Source: Nocardioides sp. (GTDB lineage: Bacteria; Actinomycetota; Actinomycetes; Propionibacteriales; Nocardioidaceae). From it: a DNA stretch of 64,000 nt. Below, piece after piece: positions 27,079 to 38,849 of the stretch. The position numbers were made by a program, and so were the translations under genes. Within the stretch, counting starts at the first letter, position 1. Each line of letters starts with the position of its first letter. The stretch covers positions 2,979 to 66,978 of the forward strand of contig NZ_JAOPWY010000192.1 of assembly GCF_025965415.1 (NCBI RefSeq), read 5' to 3'. The notes under the pieces are model-generated. The model was not told the DNA's origin, searched no databases, and saw nothing but the letters and a program-made list of their open reading frames with translations.

Positions 27079-27725
27079 TCCGGGTGCTGATCGTCGACGA
27101 CGACCCGTTGGTCAGGTCGGCGTTGTCGCTGATGCTGGGCGGCCAGGCCGACCTCGAGGTGGTCGGCGAGGCCGGCAACGGCGCGGCCGGGCTGGCGCTC
27201 GTGACCGAGCTGGACCCCGACGTCGTGCTGATGGACATCCGGATGCCGGTCATGGACGGGCTCGAGGCCACCCAGGCCCTCCACCAGCGTCCCTCGCCCC
27301 CGTCGGTCGTCATCCTCACGACCTTCGACGCCGACGACCACGTCCTGCGTGCCGTCGCCGCGGGGGCTGACGGCTTCCTGCTCAAGGACACGCCGCCGGG
27401 AGACATCGTGCACGCGATCCGCACGGTGGCGGCGGGCGAGGCGATGCTGTCCCCCTCCGCGACCCGCAGCCTCGTCTCGCGCCTGCGCAGCGTCGCCCCG
27501 ACGGACCGCTCCTCCACGGCCTCGGACCGGCTGACGGTCCTGACCGAGCGCGAGCTCGAGGTCGCGGTCTGCGTGGGCCGCGGGCTGAGCAACTCCGAGA
27601 TCGCCTCGGAGCTCTACCTGTCGATCCCGACGGTGAAGTCGCACGTGTCGCGACTGCTGACCAAGCTCCACAGCACCAACCGGGTGCAGGTGGCCATGGT
27701 CGTCCACGACGCCGGCCTGGTCTGA
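27075..27725 (+). CDS. NarL/LuxR response regulator
   Basis: VLIVDDD, LMDIRMP, LTERELEV..GLSNSEIA..TVKSHV. Confidence 0.95.
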   Translation: MIRVLIVDDDPLVRSALSLMLGGQADLEVVGEAGNGAAGLALVTELDPDVVLMDIRMPVMDGLEATQALHQRPSPPSVVILTTFDADDHVLRAVAAGADGFLLKDTPPGDIVHAIRTVAAGEAMLSPSATRSLVSRLRSVAPTDRSSTASDRLTVLTERELEVAVCVGRGLSNSEIASELYLSIPTVKSHVSRLLTKLHSTNRVQVAMVVHDAGLV

Positions 27726-27729
27726 GGGC

Positions 27730-28485
27730 TCACACGTCGTACGTCGCCCCGGCGCGGGCCAGCTCGACCGGACCCACCCACTCGGCGCGGGCCTCGGCCT
27801 CGGCGTCCGCGGCGTCGTGCCACGGCGGGACGTGGGTCAGCACGAGCCGCTCCACGCCGGCCACCGACGCCGTACGCCCGCAGTCTGCGCCGGTGAGGTG
27901 CAGGTCGGGCGGGTTGTCGTCCCCGGTCCGGAAGGACGCCTCGGCCAGGAGAAGGTGGGCGCCGGCCGCGACGTCGTCGAGGGCGGCGCAGGGGCCGGTG
28001 TCGCCTGAGTAGACGAGGGTGCGACCGCCGGCGGTGACCTTCAGCGCGAAGGCGGTGACGGGGTGGACGACCTGGTGCGCCTCGATGCGGAAGGGGCCGA
28101 GCTCGACCGGACCGTCGTACTCCTCGAAGGCGAACTCCTCGGTCATGCCCGGGTCGACCGGCAGGTCGTAGGCGCGCGCCATCCGCTCGGCCGTGCCGAC
28201 GGGACCCCAGACCGGGATCCGCGGCTGCGGGCCGGTGGGGTGGTACTTGCGCATCACGTAGTAGCCGCAGAGGTCGAGGCAGTGGTCGGCGTGCAGGTGG
28301 CTGACGAAGACCGCGTCGATGCCCAGCGGGTCGGCGTAGCGGTGCAGCTGACCGAGTGCGCCGTTGCCGAGGTCGAGCAGGATCCGCCACGTGCGGCCGT
28401 CGTGCTCGGCCTCGAGGAGGTAGCAGCTCGCCGCCGACTCGGGACCGGGGTAGGACCCGGAGCAGCCGACGATGGTGAGCCTCAC
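27730..28485 (-). CDS. MBL-fold metallo-hydrolase (RNase Z-like)
   Basis: [27 protein letters not shown]; conserved position between murI and rph. Confidence 0.9.
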   Translation of the reverse strand: MRLTIVGCSGSYPGPESAASCYLLEAEHDGRTWRILLDLGNGALGQLHRYADPLGIDAVFVSHLHADHCLDLCGYYVMRKYHPTGPQPRIPVWGPVGTAERMARAYDLPVDPGMTEEFAFEEYDGPVELGPFRIEAHQVVHPVTAFALKVTAGGRTLVYSGDTGPCAALDDVAAGAHLLLAEASFRTGDDNPPDLHLTGADCGRTASVAGVERLVLTHVPPWHDAADAEAEARAEWVGPVELARAGATYDV

Positions 28486-29306
28486 CAGCGGCCTCCGGCG
28501 AACTGGGTGGCGCTCAGCAGCTCGGTGCCGAGGAAGCGGCGACCGATGGTCGCGAAGTCCTCCGGGCTGCCGGTCGTCGAGAACGTGTAGGCGGCGTCGC
28601 CACCGTCGCGCATCAGGCCGGTGCCCGCCAGCATCTTGTAGACGTCCTTGGCACACTCCTCCGCCGAGCTCACGAGGGTGACCTCGTCCCCCATGACGTA
28701 GGAGATGACGCCGGTCAGCAGCGGGTAGTGGGTGCAGCCGAGGATGAGGGTGTCGACGCCGGCCGCGGCGAGCGGGTCGAGGTAGGCGTGGGCGGCCGCG
28801 AGCAGCTCGTCCCCGCCGGTGATCCCCTGCTCGACGAAGTCCACGAAGCCCGGGCACGCCTGGATGTGCAGGTCGAGGTGGGGCGCCGCAGCGAACGCGT
28901 CGTCGTACGCCATCGAGCTCGCGGTCGCGCGGGTGCAGATGACACCGACCTTGCGGTTGCGCGTGGCGGCCGCCGCACGGCGGGCGGCCGGGAGGATCAC
29001 CTCGACGACGGGTACGTCGTAGCGCTCGCGGGCGTCGCGCAGCATCGCCGCGCTGGCGGAGTTGCACGCGATGACCAGCGCCTTGACGCCCTGGTCGTAG
29101 AGGTGGTCGAGGCACTCGAGGGCGTACTCGCGGACCTCGCCGATCGGCTTCTGCCCGTAGGGCTGGCGCGCCGTGTCGCCGAGGTAGACCACCGACTCGT
29201 GCGGCAGCTGGTCGATCACCGAGCGCGCGACCGTCAGGCCACCGAACCCGGAGTCGAAGATGCCGATCGGCGCGTCGGCGGTCATCCGCGGCGTGGGGGT
29301 CGGCAC
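28482..29306 (-). CDS. murI: Glutamate racemase
   Basis: [24 protein letters not shown]. Confidence 0.96.
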   Translation of the reverse strand: MPTPTPRMTADAPIGIFDSGFGGLTVARSVIDQLPHESVVYLGDTARQPYGQKPIGEVREYALECLDHLYDQGVKALVIACNSASAAMLRDARERYDVPVVEVILPAARRAAAATRNRKVGVICTRATASSMAYDDAFAAAPHLDLHIQACPGFVDFVEQGITGGDELLAAAHAYLDPLAAAGVDTLILGCTHYPLLTGVISYVMGDEVTLVSSAEECAKDVYKMLAGTGLMRDGGDAAYTFSTTGSPEDFATIGRRFLGTELLSATQFAGGRW

Positions 29307-29397
29307 AGGCAGCAGGCTAGGCGCTCGGTGCGCCGCGGGTCACGCCATCCGGGGCGTCGGCCCCGTCACACTGCGGCGCCCGGGTTATCGTCGCCCG

Positions 29398-30447
29398 GTG
29401 CTCCGTCGAACCTCTGTGACCGCGTCCGTCGTCTCCGTGCTCGTCTCGGCGAGCGTCGTCCTCGCGGGTGCTCCCGCCTGCGCGCTGGTGCCGGACGGCG
29501 GGGTCGGAGCCGACGTACGCCGCGAGGTCCACCGCGCCGACGCCGACTCCGTGCTCGCCATCTCCATCGACGGCATGAGCGTCGCCGCAGTCCGCGAGCT
29601 CGGCCCGAAGAAGCTCCCCCACCTCTACCGCTTCATGCGCGCCGGCGCCTCGACCATGAACGCCCGCACCGAGCACGAGATGACCGTGACCCTGCCCAAC
29701 CACACCGGCATGGTCACCGGGCGGCGCATCGACGCCGCCACCGGCGGCCACGGGGTCACCTGGAACGACGACCGGCTGACCCCCCGCACCGTGCAGGAGG
29801 CCGCCGGCCACGACGTCGCGTCGGTCTTCACCGCGGTCGACGCCGCCGGCGGGTCGACGGCGATGTTCGCCGCGAAGACCAAGTTCAGCCTCTGGCAGCG
29901 GTCGTGGCCGGACGCGATCGACCGCGCCACGATCGACCTCGACAACTCGCGGCTGGTGGACCAGCTCATCGCCGACCTCGACGTGGACCGCGACTTCCGC
30001 TTCCTCCACCTCTCCCTGCCGGACGCCGCCGGGCACGCGCACGGCTGGATGTCGAAGCCCTATCTGCGCGCCGTCCGCCAGTCCGACGCGCTCGTCGGTC
30101 GCGTGGTGAAGGCGGTGAACTCCGACCCCGCCCGCCGGGCCGGCACCACGATCCTGCTCACGAGCGACCACGGCGGCCACGGTCCCTCGCACAGCAACCC
30201 GTCCCTGCTCGACGACTACTGCATCGTGTTCATGGCTCGCGGCTCCGCGGTGGACCGCGGCGTCGACCTCTACGCCGTGAACCCCGACTACAAGAACCCG
30301 GGCACCCGACGCACCACCTACGCGACGAAGCGTCAGCCGGTGCGCAACGGGATGATCGCCAACCTCGCGCTCGACCTGCTCGACCTGCCCGCCGTCGAGG
30401 GCAGCGAGCTCGACGCGGACCTGTCCCTGCGGCTCACCGCCCCCTGA
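29398..30447 (+). CDS. Secreted alkaline phosphatase/NPP family protein
   Basis: Signal peptide, ISIDG, TLPNHTGMVTG, PDAAGHAHGW, TSDHGG. Confidence 0.85.
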   Translation: MLRRTSVTASVVSVLVSASVVLAGAPACALVPDGGVGADVRREVHRADADSVLAISIDGMSVAAVRELGPKKLPHLYRFMRAGASTMNARTEHEMTVTLPNHTGMVTGRRIDAATGGHGVTWNDDRLTPRTVQEAAGHDVASVFTAVDAAGGSTAMFAAKTKFSLWQRSWPDAIDRATIDLDNSRLVDQLIADLDVDRDFRFLHLSLPDAAGHAHGWMSKPYLRAVRQSDALVGRVVKAVNSDPARRAGTTILLTSDHGGHGPSHSNPSLLDDYCIVFMARGSAVDRGVDLYAVNPDYKNPGTRRTTYATKRQPVRNGMIANLALDLLDLPAVEGSELDADLSLRLTAP

Positions 30448-31060
30448 CGCCCGCGGCCTCCCACGGGAGCGGCCAGGGGTTGAACCGGCAGCCGTTGGTG
30501 CCCTTGGACTGCTGCATCATCACCGGGGCCGGCCGGCCGCCGGCCGGGCACGACGCGTGGCCGCGCCCCAGCCAGTGGCCGGTCTCGTGGTTGACCACGA
30601 GGTGGCGGTAGTCGCGCAGCGACCGGCCCGCCGCGTTCCACGCCGGCGACGCGTGCAGCCACCGCTCCTGATTGATGATCACGTAGCGCCCGACGCGGCA
30701 CGACCACGTCGACGAGCAGCTGGACGAGAACGACGGCACGGTCCGCGCGGCGGCCAGGACCAGCGTGAAGCTTCCACCCCTGCGGACCCGGCGGAACTCC
30801 ACCCCGCCGTTGCGCCACCCGCGCGGGTCGTCGTACGTCTCCTGCGCGAGGCGCCGGAACACCTCGAGCGACGCGGTGATCGCTCCGCGGGTGGTGACCG
30901 AGTACGTCACCCGCCGGCTGACGGGGACGGCGAACCCGTCAGCGGCGTGGTGGCCGGGCGTGGGCGTCCAGCGCCGGTGCTCGGCCGGGCCCGCGTGGGC
31001 GGGTGGCGCGAACAGCGCCAGGACGAGGGCGGCCAGCAGCGGGACGACGCGGGGGGTCAT
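30434..31060 (-). CDS. Secreted DUF3152 zinc-metallopeptidase-like protein
   Basis: DPRGW, YRHLVVNHETGHWLGRGH, PVMMQQS. Confidence 0.85.
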   Translation of the reverse strand: MTPRVVPLLAALVLALFAPPAHAGPAEHRRWTPTPGHHAADGFAVPVSRRVTYSVTTRGAITASLEVFRRLAQETYDDPRGWRNGGVEFRRVRRGGSFTLVLAAARTVPSFSSSCSSTWSCRVGRYVIINQERWLHASPAWNAAGRSLRDYRHLVVNHETGHWLGRGHASCPAGGRPAPVMMQQSKGTNGCRFNPWPLPWEAAGVRGR

Positions 31061-31095
31061 CCGTCAGAGACTAGGCCCAGTCCCGGGCCGTGTCC

Positions 31096-32800
<1,705 letters not shown>

Positions 32801-32892
32801 GTCGTCAAGGGTAGGCAGGAATCCGGTGTGACCCCACCACGTCTCACCCCATAGTCTTGACGTCGGGACACGTGCGAGGGGGAAGGGGACCG

Positions 32893-34146
32893 ATGTCGCT
32901 GCGCGAGGTCCCGCCGCCCCTGACCCGGCGAGGCATCCCCCTCGAGCGCGACCTCCAGGTGCTCGCGCTCGGGTCTTTCGCCAACCGGTTCGGCGCGGGC
33001 GCGGTCATGACGACGAGCGCCCTCTTCTTCACCCGGCAGGTCGGCTTCTCCGCCGCCGAGGTCGGGCTCGCCCTCTCCGTCGCCGCGATCGTGGGGATCG
33101 TCGTGCAGGTCCCGGCCGGTCACCTCGGCGACACCCGAGGACCGCGCCGCGTGCTGACCTGGTGCATGGTGGGCGCGGCGCTCACCAGCGCGCTGCCGGT
33201 GCTCGCGCGCACGCCGTGGCAGCTCGCGCTGCTCCTCGCCCTGCTGGCGCTCTTCGAGCGGTCTGCGGGCTCGGTGCAGCAGGGCGTCATCGCCCAGCTC
33301 GCCACCGGCGGGCGCGGCGTGCTCTTCAAGGCCTACCTGCGGGCGGTCACCAACACCGCCATCGGGCTGGGCTCGATGTTCGGTGGCGCGGCGCTGGTGA
33401 TCGACGAGCGGTGGGCCTACGTCTCGGTCTTCGTCCTCAACGCGGTCTTCACCGGCTTCGCCGCGTGGAACTGCACCCGCCTCCCCGACCTCCCGCCCTA
33501 CCTCCGCGCGGCCGGCGAGCCGCGCCTCGCCGTGCTGCGCGACTGGCCCTACGTCGTCGTCGTGGCGATCACCGGCCTGTTCTCGATCCACTTCTTCGTG
33601 ATGGAGCTGGGGCTCGCGCTCTACATCTCCGAGCGCACGTCGGCGCCTCCGGTGATGGTCGCGGTCCTCCTGGTCATCAACACCGCCTGCGTGGCGCTGT
33701 TCCAGGTGCGGCTCTCCCGCCGGGCGGACTCCGTCGAGGCCGGCGCCTCGGCGCTGGTGCGCGGTGCGGTGTGGATCGCGGTGGGCTTCGCCATCGTGTC
33801 CCTCGCCGACCGGGGCGACGCGACCTTCGCGGTGGTGGTGCTCGTGGCCGGCTCCCTCGTCCACGTCGTCGGGGAGATGATCGGCTCCGGTGGCCAGTGG
33901 GGACTGCAGATGGGGCTCGCACCCCACGAGCGGCAGGGCCAGTACCAGGGCTTCGCCGGCCTCGGCTTCAGCGTCGTCGCCGTGGTCGGGCCGCCCATCG
34001 TCACGCTGCTGTGCGTCGACATGGGCGAGACGGGGTGGCTGGTCCTGGCCGCGATGATGCTGGCGATCGCGCTGGTCTCCGTGCCGGTGTCCCGCTGGGC
34101 GCTGGCCTCGCGCGAGCGCTACGGCGTGCTGACCCACTCCGGCTGA
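32893..34146 (+). CDS. MFS transporter
   Basis: ~12 TMs, GHLGDTRGPRR motif A. Confidence 0.88.
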   Translation: MSLREVPPPLTRRGIPLERDLQVLALGSFANRFGAGAVMTTSALFFTRQVGFSAAEVGLALSVAAIVGIVVQVPAGHLGDTRGPRRVLTWCMVGAALTSALPVLARTPWQLALLLALLALFERSAGSVQQGVIAQLATGGRGVLFKAYLRAVTNTAIGLGSMFGGAALVIDERWAYVSVFVLNAVFTGFAAWNCTRLPDLPPYLRAAGEPRLAVLRDWPYVVVVAITGLFSIHFFVMELGLALYISERTSAPPVMVAVLLVINTACVALFQVRLSRRADSVEAGASALVRGAVWIAVGFAIVSLADRGDATFAVVVLVAGSLVHVVGEMIGSGGQWGLQMGLAPHERQGQYQGFAGLGFSVVAVVGPPIVTLLCVDMGETGWLVLAAMMLAIALVSVPVSRWALASRERYGVLTHSG

Positions 34147-34158
34147 CCGAATCGCGGG

Positions 34159-35376
34159 TCAGACCCAGATGGCGGCCGGGATGCCGTCGGAGAACACCTC
34201 CGGCGTGGCCGGGAAGGACTCGGCGAGCCCGTGCGAGTGTCGTACGGCGGACCATGCCGCCGCGCAGGCGTCGAGCAGGTCGTCCTCCCCGAACGGCGCA
34301 CCGCGGAACCACGGCGGCGCCGCGATCCCGTGGTCGGCGAGCACCTCGCGGCGTGCCCGTACGCCGTCGGCGTCCTTCTTGCGGGCCAGGACCGGGGTGC
34401 CGGTCATCCGCGCGAAGCTCACCTCGGGGTGCACCTCGACGACGCGCACGCGGGGTCGGGACCGCACCCACGCGTCGACCTGCAGCACCTTCTCGCGCAG
34501 GGCGTACGCCTGGGCGCTGACGCTCGTGGTGCCGCCGGTCGCGGCGAGGTTGGCCGCCCGGCCCTCGGCGTAGGTCTCCGCCTCCAGCGCGGCGCGGGTG
34601 GGCGTCGAGAAGATCGACGACGACTTGCCCACCAGCACCCGACGGGCCTCGGCGTCGGCCGCGCGGCCGCTGCTGTCGGGCAGGCCGATGGGGATGTCGA
34701 TCGCCACCACGGACACGGGGGTGGTCTCCCCCACCAGCTCCAGCAGGTCGGTGATGGTGAGCGCCGTGAAGACGCTCGCCCTCAGGTCGGTGTCGAGCAC
34801 CACGCCGACCCAGCCGCCGGGGCAGGCGTCGACCCCGAGCACCGGGGCGGTCGGGGCGAGCGGGACGTGCCGGGGTGTCGCGGGCTCCAGGGGTGCGGCT
34901 GCGTCCGGGGAGATGAAGCGTGCCTCCCGCTCGTCGCTCAGCGCGGCATCGATGCGGCGGAGCATCACCTCGCCCATCGGCGGGAGGTCGTCGACCGGCC
35001 ACCACCGCACGTCGCTGGACTCGTCGTCGGCCACGTGCGCCACGCCGGAGAGCCAGGTGCAGGCGAAGGTCAGGTCGAGGTAGGCCGCCCGGTCGCCGTT
35101 GACGTGCACGATCTGCCCGTGCGCGGACGTGGAGGCGAGCCGGTCCACGCGGATCGTCACGCCGGTCTCCTCCAGCGCCTCGCGCGCCGCGGCGACGGCG
35201 GGCTCCTCCTCGGGGTCCACGATGCCGGTCACCGGCGCCCACTGGCCGTTGTCGGAGCGCTTGACCAGCAGGACCTCGTCGCCACGTCGGACGACCGCGG
35301 TGACTCCGGGCAGCCACAGCGGGTCGGGGCCGATCTTGCGGCGGAGGTCGACGACGAAGTCGGGGATCGGGCTCAT
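34159..35376 (-). CDS. NUDIX hydrolase fused to a DUF429 (RNase H-like) domain
   Basis: Nudix box GIVDPEEEPAVAAAREALEETGV; C-terminal GVDACPGGW, AIDIPIGL, EVHPEVSF, DDLLDA. Confidence 0.8.
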   Translation of the reverse strand: MSPIPDFVVDLRRKIGPDPLWLPGVTAVVRRGDEVLLVKRSDNGQWAPVTGIVDPEEEPAVAAAREALEETGVTIRVDRLASTSAHGQIVHVNGDRAAYLDLTFACTWLSGVAHVADDESSDVRWWPVDDLPPMGEVMLRRIDAALSDEREARFISPDAAAPLEPATPRHVPLAPTAPVLGVDACPGGWVGVVLDTDLRASVFTALTITDLLELVGETTPVSVVAIDIPIGLPDSSGRAADAEARRVLVGKSSSIFSTPTRAALEAETYAEGRAANLAATGGTTSVSAQAYALREKVLQVDAWVRSRPRVRVVEVHPEVSFARMTGTPVLARKKDADGVRARREVLADHGIAAPPWFRGAPFGEDDLLDACAAAWSAVRHSHGLAESFPATPEVFSDGIPAAIWV

Positions 35377-35383
35377 CCGGCGC

Positions 35384-35974
35384 TCATGCGCTGAGCGCCT
35401 CGACGACGGTCTCCTGGAGGTAGCCGACCCACTCGTAGATGTCGTGGGCCTGGGCGCGCGGGTCCTCGTCGGGCAGCGAGTGCCAGTAGTCCTCGTCGCC
35501 GGCCTCGACGCCGAGGCGGGTGGCCAGGGCCAGCCGGATGTCGGTGAACGCGCGCATCCACGACTCGGCCTCGGAGCGCGTCAGCTCGACGTCGATGACG
35601 AGGCCCTCCTCGTCGAGCTCCGGCGGCAGCCCGGCGTCCTCGAGGGCGTCGATGATCTGGCCGGCGGCCGCGGCCTTGCCGTCTCGAAGGCCGCCCTCGG
35701 TGAAGCGGCGGAAGTCGGCGGCCGACTCCTCGTCGTCGAGGTAGGCCGTCGGGAAGAGGCGGGCCAGCACCGGGTCGTCGGGGATGGTCGAGGCGCCCGA
35801 GAACTCCGTCATCAGCGCCTCGAAGGGATCGGCGGTCGGGGCCGCCGGCTCGGCGCGCTCGTTGCGCAGCAGCTCGACGATCTGCGAGGCCAGCGACCGC
35901 AACAGGTCGGCCTCGAAGCCCGTGAAGGTGGCGATGATCCGGTCGGTCTTCCGGTGGTGCTCGAACCCGCTCAC
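35384..35974 (-). CDS. DUF2017 family protein
   Basis: DDPVLARLFPTAY, FRRFTE, DIRLALATRL; downstream of clpS. Confidence 0.88.
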   Translation of the reverse strand: MSGFEHHRKTDRIIATFTGFEADLLRSLASQIVELLRNERAEPAAPTADPFEALMTEFSGASTIPDDPVLARLFPTAYLDDEESAADFRRFTEGGLRDGKAAAAGQIIDALEDAGLPPELDEEGLVIDVELTRSEAESWMRAFTDIRLALATRLGVEAGDEDYWHSLPDEDPRAQAHDIYEWVGYLQETVVEALSA

Positions 35975-35975
35975 G

Positions 35976-36272
35976 TCAGGTGGCCTTCTCCATGGTCGCC
36001 CAGAGGCCGTACTCGTGCATCGCCTGGACGTCGCGCTCCATCTCCTCGCGCGTGCCCGTCGAGACGACCGACCGGCCCTCGGTGTGCACCTCGAGCATCA
36101 GCTTCTCGGACTTCGCCTTGTCGTAGCCGAAGTACTTCTGGAAGACGTAGGAGACGTAGGACATGAGGTTCACCGGGTCGTCCCAGACCAGCGTCACCCA
36201 CGGCTTGGCCAGGAAGGTGATCTCGTCAGGGCTGAGGGTCGGCTCGACCTCTACGGGACTGGCGGCTGACAC
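35976..36272 (-). CDS. clpS: Clp protease adaptor ClpS
   Basis: [26 protein letters not shown]. Confidence 0.95.
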   Translation of the reverse strand: MSAASPVEVEPTLSPDEITFLAKPWVTLVWDDPVNLMSYVSYVFQKYFGYDKAKSEKLMLEVHTEGRSVVSTGTREEMERDVQAMHEYGLWATMEKAT

Positions 36273-36289
36273 GGTCCCATCGTGGCACA

Positions 36290-37588
36290 GTGTCGGTCGT
36301 GACAGCCTCAGCCGCGCTCCTCACGGACCACTACGAGCTCACCATGGTCCAGGCCGCCCGACAGGCCGGCACCGCCGACCGGCGGGCGGTCTTCGAGCTG
36401 TTCCCGCGCCGCCTGCCCCAGGGTCGCCGCTACGGCGTCGTCGCCGGTGTCGGGCGGGCGCTCGACGCGATCGAGGCGTTCCGGTTCGACGCGGCGGCGC
36501 TGGCCGCGCTGGACGGCGTCGTCGAGCCGGACATGCTCGACTGGCTGGCCTCCTACCGCTTCTCCGGTGACGTCTGGGGCTACGCCGAGGGCGAGGCCTA
36601 CTTCCCCTACTCCCCGCTGCTCGTCGTCGAGGGGACGTTCGCCGAGGCGGTCCTGCTCGAGACCGTCCTGCTCTCCATCTACAACCACGACTCGGCGATC
36701 GCCTCGGCCGCGTCGCGAATGACCCTGGCCGCGGGCGAGCGCCCCTGCATCGAGATGGGCTCGCGCCGCACCCACGAGGAGGCCGCCGTGGCCGCTGCGC
36801 GCGCGGCGTACGTCGCCGGCTTCGACGCGACCTCCAACCTGGCCGCACGGGCGAGGTGGGGCGTCCCGTCCGCGGGCACCGCGGCGCACTCCTTCACCCT
36901 GCTGCACGACGACGAGACCGACGCCTTCCGCGCCCAGGTGCAGACGCTCGGGGTCGGCACCACGCTGCTGGTCGACACCTACGACGTCACCGAGGCCGTC
37001 CGGCTCGCCGTCGAGGTCGCCGGCACCAGCCTGGGCGCCGTACGCCTCGACTCGGGCGATCTCGGCGAGATCGCCCGCGACGTGCGCGCCCAGCTCGACG
37101 AGCTGGGCGCCACCGGGACGCGGATCGTGGTGACCAGCGACCTGGACGAGCACGCCATCGCCGCGCTGGCCGCCGCGCCCGTGGACGCCTACGGCGTGGG
37201 CACCCAGCTGGTGACCGGCTCGGGGCACCCGACGTGCGGCTTCGTCTACAAGCTGGTCGCCCGGGAGGGCGCCGACGGCGACCTGGTGTCCGTGGCCAAG
37301 CGGTCCGCGGACAAGGCGTCCATCGGCGGTCGCAAGTACGCCCTGCGCCGCCGCTCCCCCGGCGGGACGGCCCAGGCCGAGGTGATCGGCATCGGCGATC
37401 CGCCCGAGGACGACGGCGACGACCGTGCGCTGCTCGTCCCGCTGGTCCGCGCCGGCGAGGTGGTCGGTCGGACCACGCTCGAGGAGGCCCGCGCCCGCCA
37501 CCGCGCCTCGCTCGCCGAGCTGCCCCGCGCCGTCACGATGATGTCCGCCGGCGAGGCCGTGATCCCGACGGTCCACCTCGGCCCCTGA
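36290..37588 (+). CDS. pncB: Nicotinate phosphoribosyltransferase
   Basis: [35 protein letters not shown]. Confidence 0.94.
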   Translation: MSVVTASAALLTDHYELTMVQAARQAGTADRRAVFELFPRRLPQGRRYGVVAGVGRALDAIEAFRFDAAALAALDGVVEPDMLDWLASYRFSGDVWGYAEGEAYFPYSPLLVVEGTFAEAVLLETVLLSIYNHDSAIASAASRMTLAAGERPCIEMGSRRTHEEAAVAAARAAYVAGFDATSNLAARARWGVPSAGTAAHSFTLLHDDETDAFRAQVQTLGVGTTLLVDTYDVTEAVRLAVEVAGTSLGAVRLDSGDLGEIARDVRAQLDELGATGTRIVVTSDLDEHAIAALAAAPVDAYGVGTQLVTGSGHPTCGFVYKLVAREGADGDLVSVAKRSADKASIGGRKYALRRRSPGGTAQAEVIGIGDPPEDDGDDRALLVPLVRAGEVVGRTTLEEARARHRASLAELPRAVTMMSAGEAVIPTVHLGP

Positions 37589-37679
37589 CCGCGGGGCTGG
37601 CTGGTCGGGCCCAGCGGTCGGGCCGGGTGGCCAGTTGGCAGCCGAACCACACGACCCCGCGCACCGCTAGCCTCGGAGC

Positions 37680-38255
37680 ATGGCACGAGCACTGATCGTG
37701 GTCGACGTCCAGAACGACTTCTGCGAGGGCGGGTCGCTGCCGGTGCCGGGAGGTGCCCGCGTGGCCGCGCAGATCGGCGCGCTGCTGCACCGCTGGTCCT
37801 CGCACGACGCCGACCGGCCGGCGTACGACGTCGTGGTCGCCACCAAGGACCACCACGTCGACCCGGGCGCCCACTGGTCCCTCAAGCCGGACTACGCCGA
37901 GTCCTGGCCGGCGCACTGCAAGGTCGGCACCGAGGGCGCCGGCTTCCACCCCAACCTCGACCCGCAGCCCTTCGCCGAGGTGTTCTACAAGGGCGAGCAC
38001 GAGGCGGCCTACTCCGGCTTCGAGGGGCGTACGGCGTCGGGCGAGCCGCTGGCCGCCTGGCTGCGTGACCACGACGTGTCCGAGGTCGACGTGTGCGGGA
38101 TCGCGACCGACCACTGCGTGCGCGCGACCGCCCTTGACAGTGCCCGGGAGGGCTTCGACACCCGCGTGCTCACCGCGCTGTGCGCCGGGGTCGCCGCGGA
38201 CAGCACGGCGGCGGCGATCACCCAGATGACGAGCGCCGGGGTCGAGATCGCGTGA
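37680..38255 (+). CDS. pncA: Nicotinamidase/pyrazinamidase
   Basis: VDVQNDF, WPAHC, YSGF, GIATDHCV. Confidence 0.92.
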   Translation: MARALIVVDVQNDFCEGGSLPVPGGARVAAQIGALLHRWSSHDADRPAYDVVVATKDHHVDPGAHWSLKPDYAESWPAHCKVGTEGAGFHPNLDPQPFAEVFYKGEHEAAYSGFEGRTASGEPLAAWLRDHDVSEVDVCGIATDHCVRATALDSAREGFDTRVLTALCAGVAADSTAAAITQMTSAGVEIA

Positions 38256-38273
38256 GCCCGCGTCGAGCGCGGC

Positions 38274-38810
38274 TCAGCACCACTTCTCGGTGACGGTGCG
38301 CAGCACCTTCACCGTGCGGGCCGTCCCCTGCCCCAGCGCCTTGAACTCCTTGGAGCCCAGCAGCTTCGAGGTGTGGATGTTGCCGTCGAGCAGGACGTAG
38401 GCCGCGCGCCCGTCGACGACGACGGTCTCGCCCTCGTGCTCGAGGGCGTGCGCCGCCTTCACCGTCGCCGCGGTGGGCGCGGTGGCGAAGAGCGTGACGT
38501 AGTGCTGGCCGGACGGGTCGTGCTCGGCGTGCAGCTCCTCGGCCCGCGCGGTCAGCGCCGCGAGGTCTGGGGCGGTGAAGACGACCGTCGGGACCTCGAA
38601 GCCGGCGGCGTCGGCGTACGCCTCCTCCAGCGCCCGCTGCACCGCGGCCACCGACCGGGCCGCATGGGTCAGCCGGACGTTGCCGGTGTTGATGTAGGTC
38701 TCCACCTCCGACCCGCCCGCGGCCTCCGTCGCGGACCTGATCGCGTCCTTCGGGAACGTGCGTGTGGCTCCGAGGTTGATGGCCCGCAGGAAGGCGACGT
38801 AGGTCGGCAT
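38274..38810 (-). CDS. DUF1697 domain protein
   Basis: YVAFLRAINLG, VETYINTGNV. Confidence 0.85.
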   Translation of the reverse strand: MPTYVAFLRAINLGATRTFPKDAIRSATEAAGGSEVETYINTGNVRLTHAARSVAAVQRALEEAYADAAGFEVPTVVFTAPDLAALTARAEELHAEHDPSGQHYVTLFATAPTAATVKAAHALEHEGETVVVDGRAAYVLLDGNIHTSKLLGSKEFKALGQGTARTVKVLRTVTEKWC

Positions 38811-38849
38811 GGCGGCATTGTTCCAGCGGTGGGGTCTACGGTGGGGTGC

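Noticed and set aside
32801-32892. Cys leader peptide before mec-cysO-cysM
   Set aside because: No such ORF; mec appears leaderless
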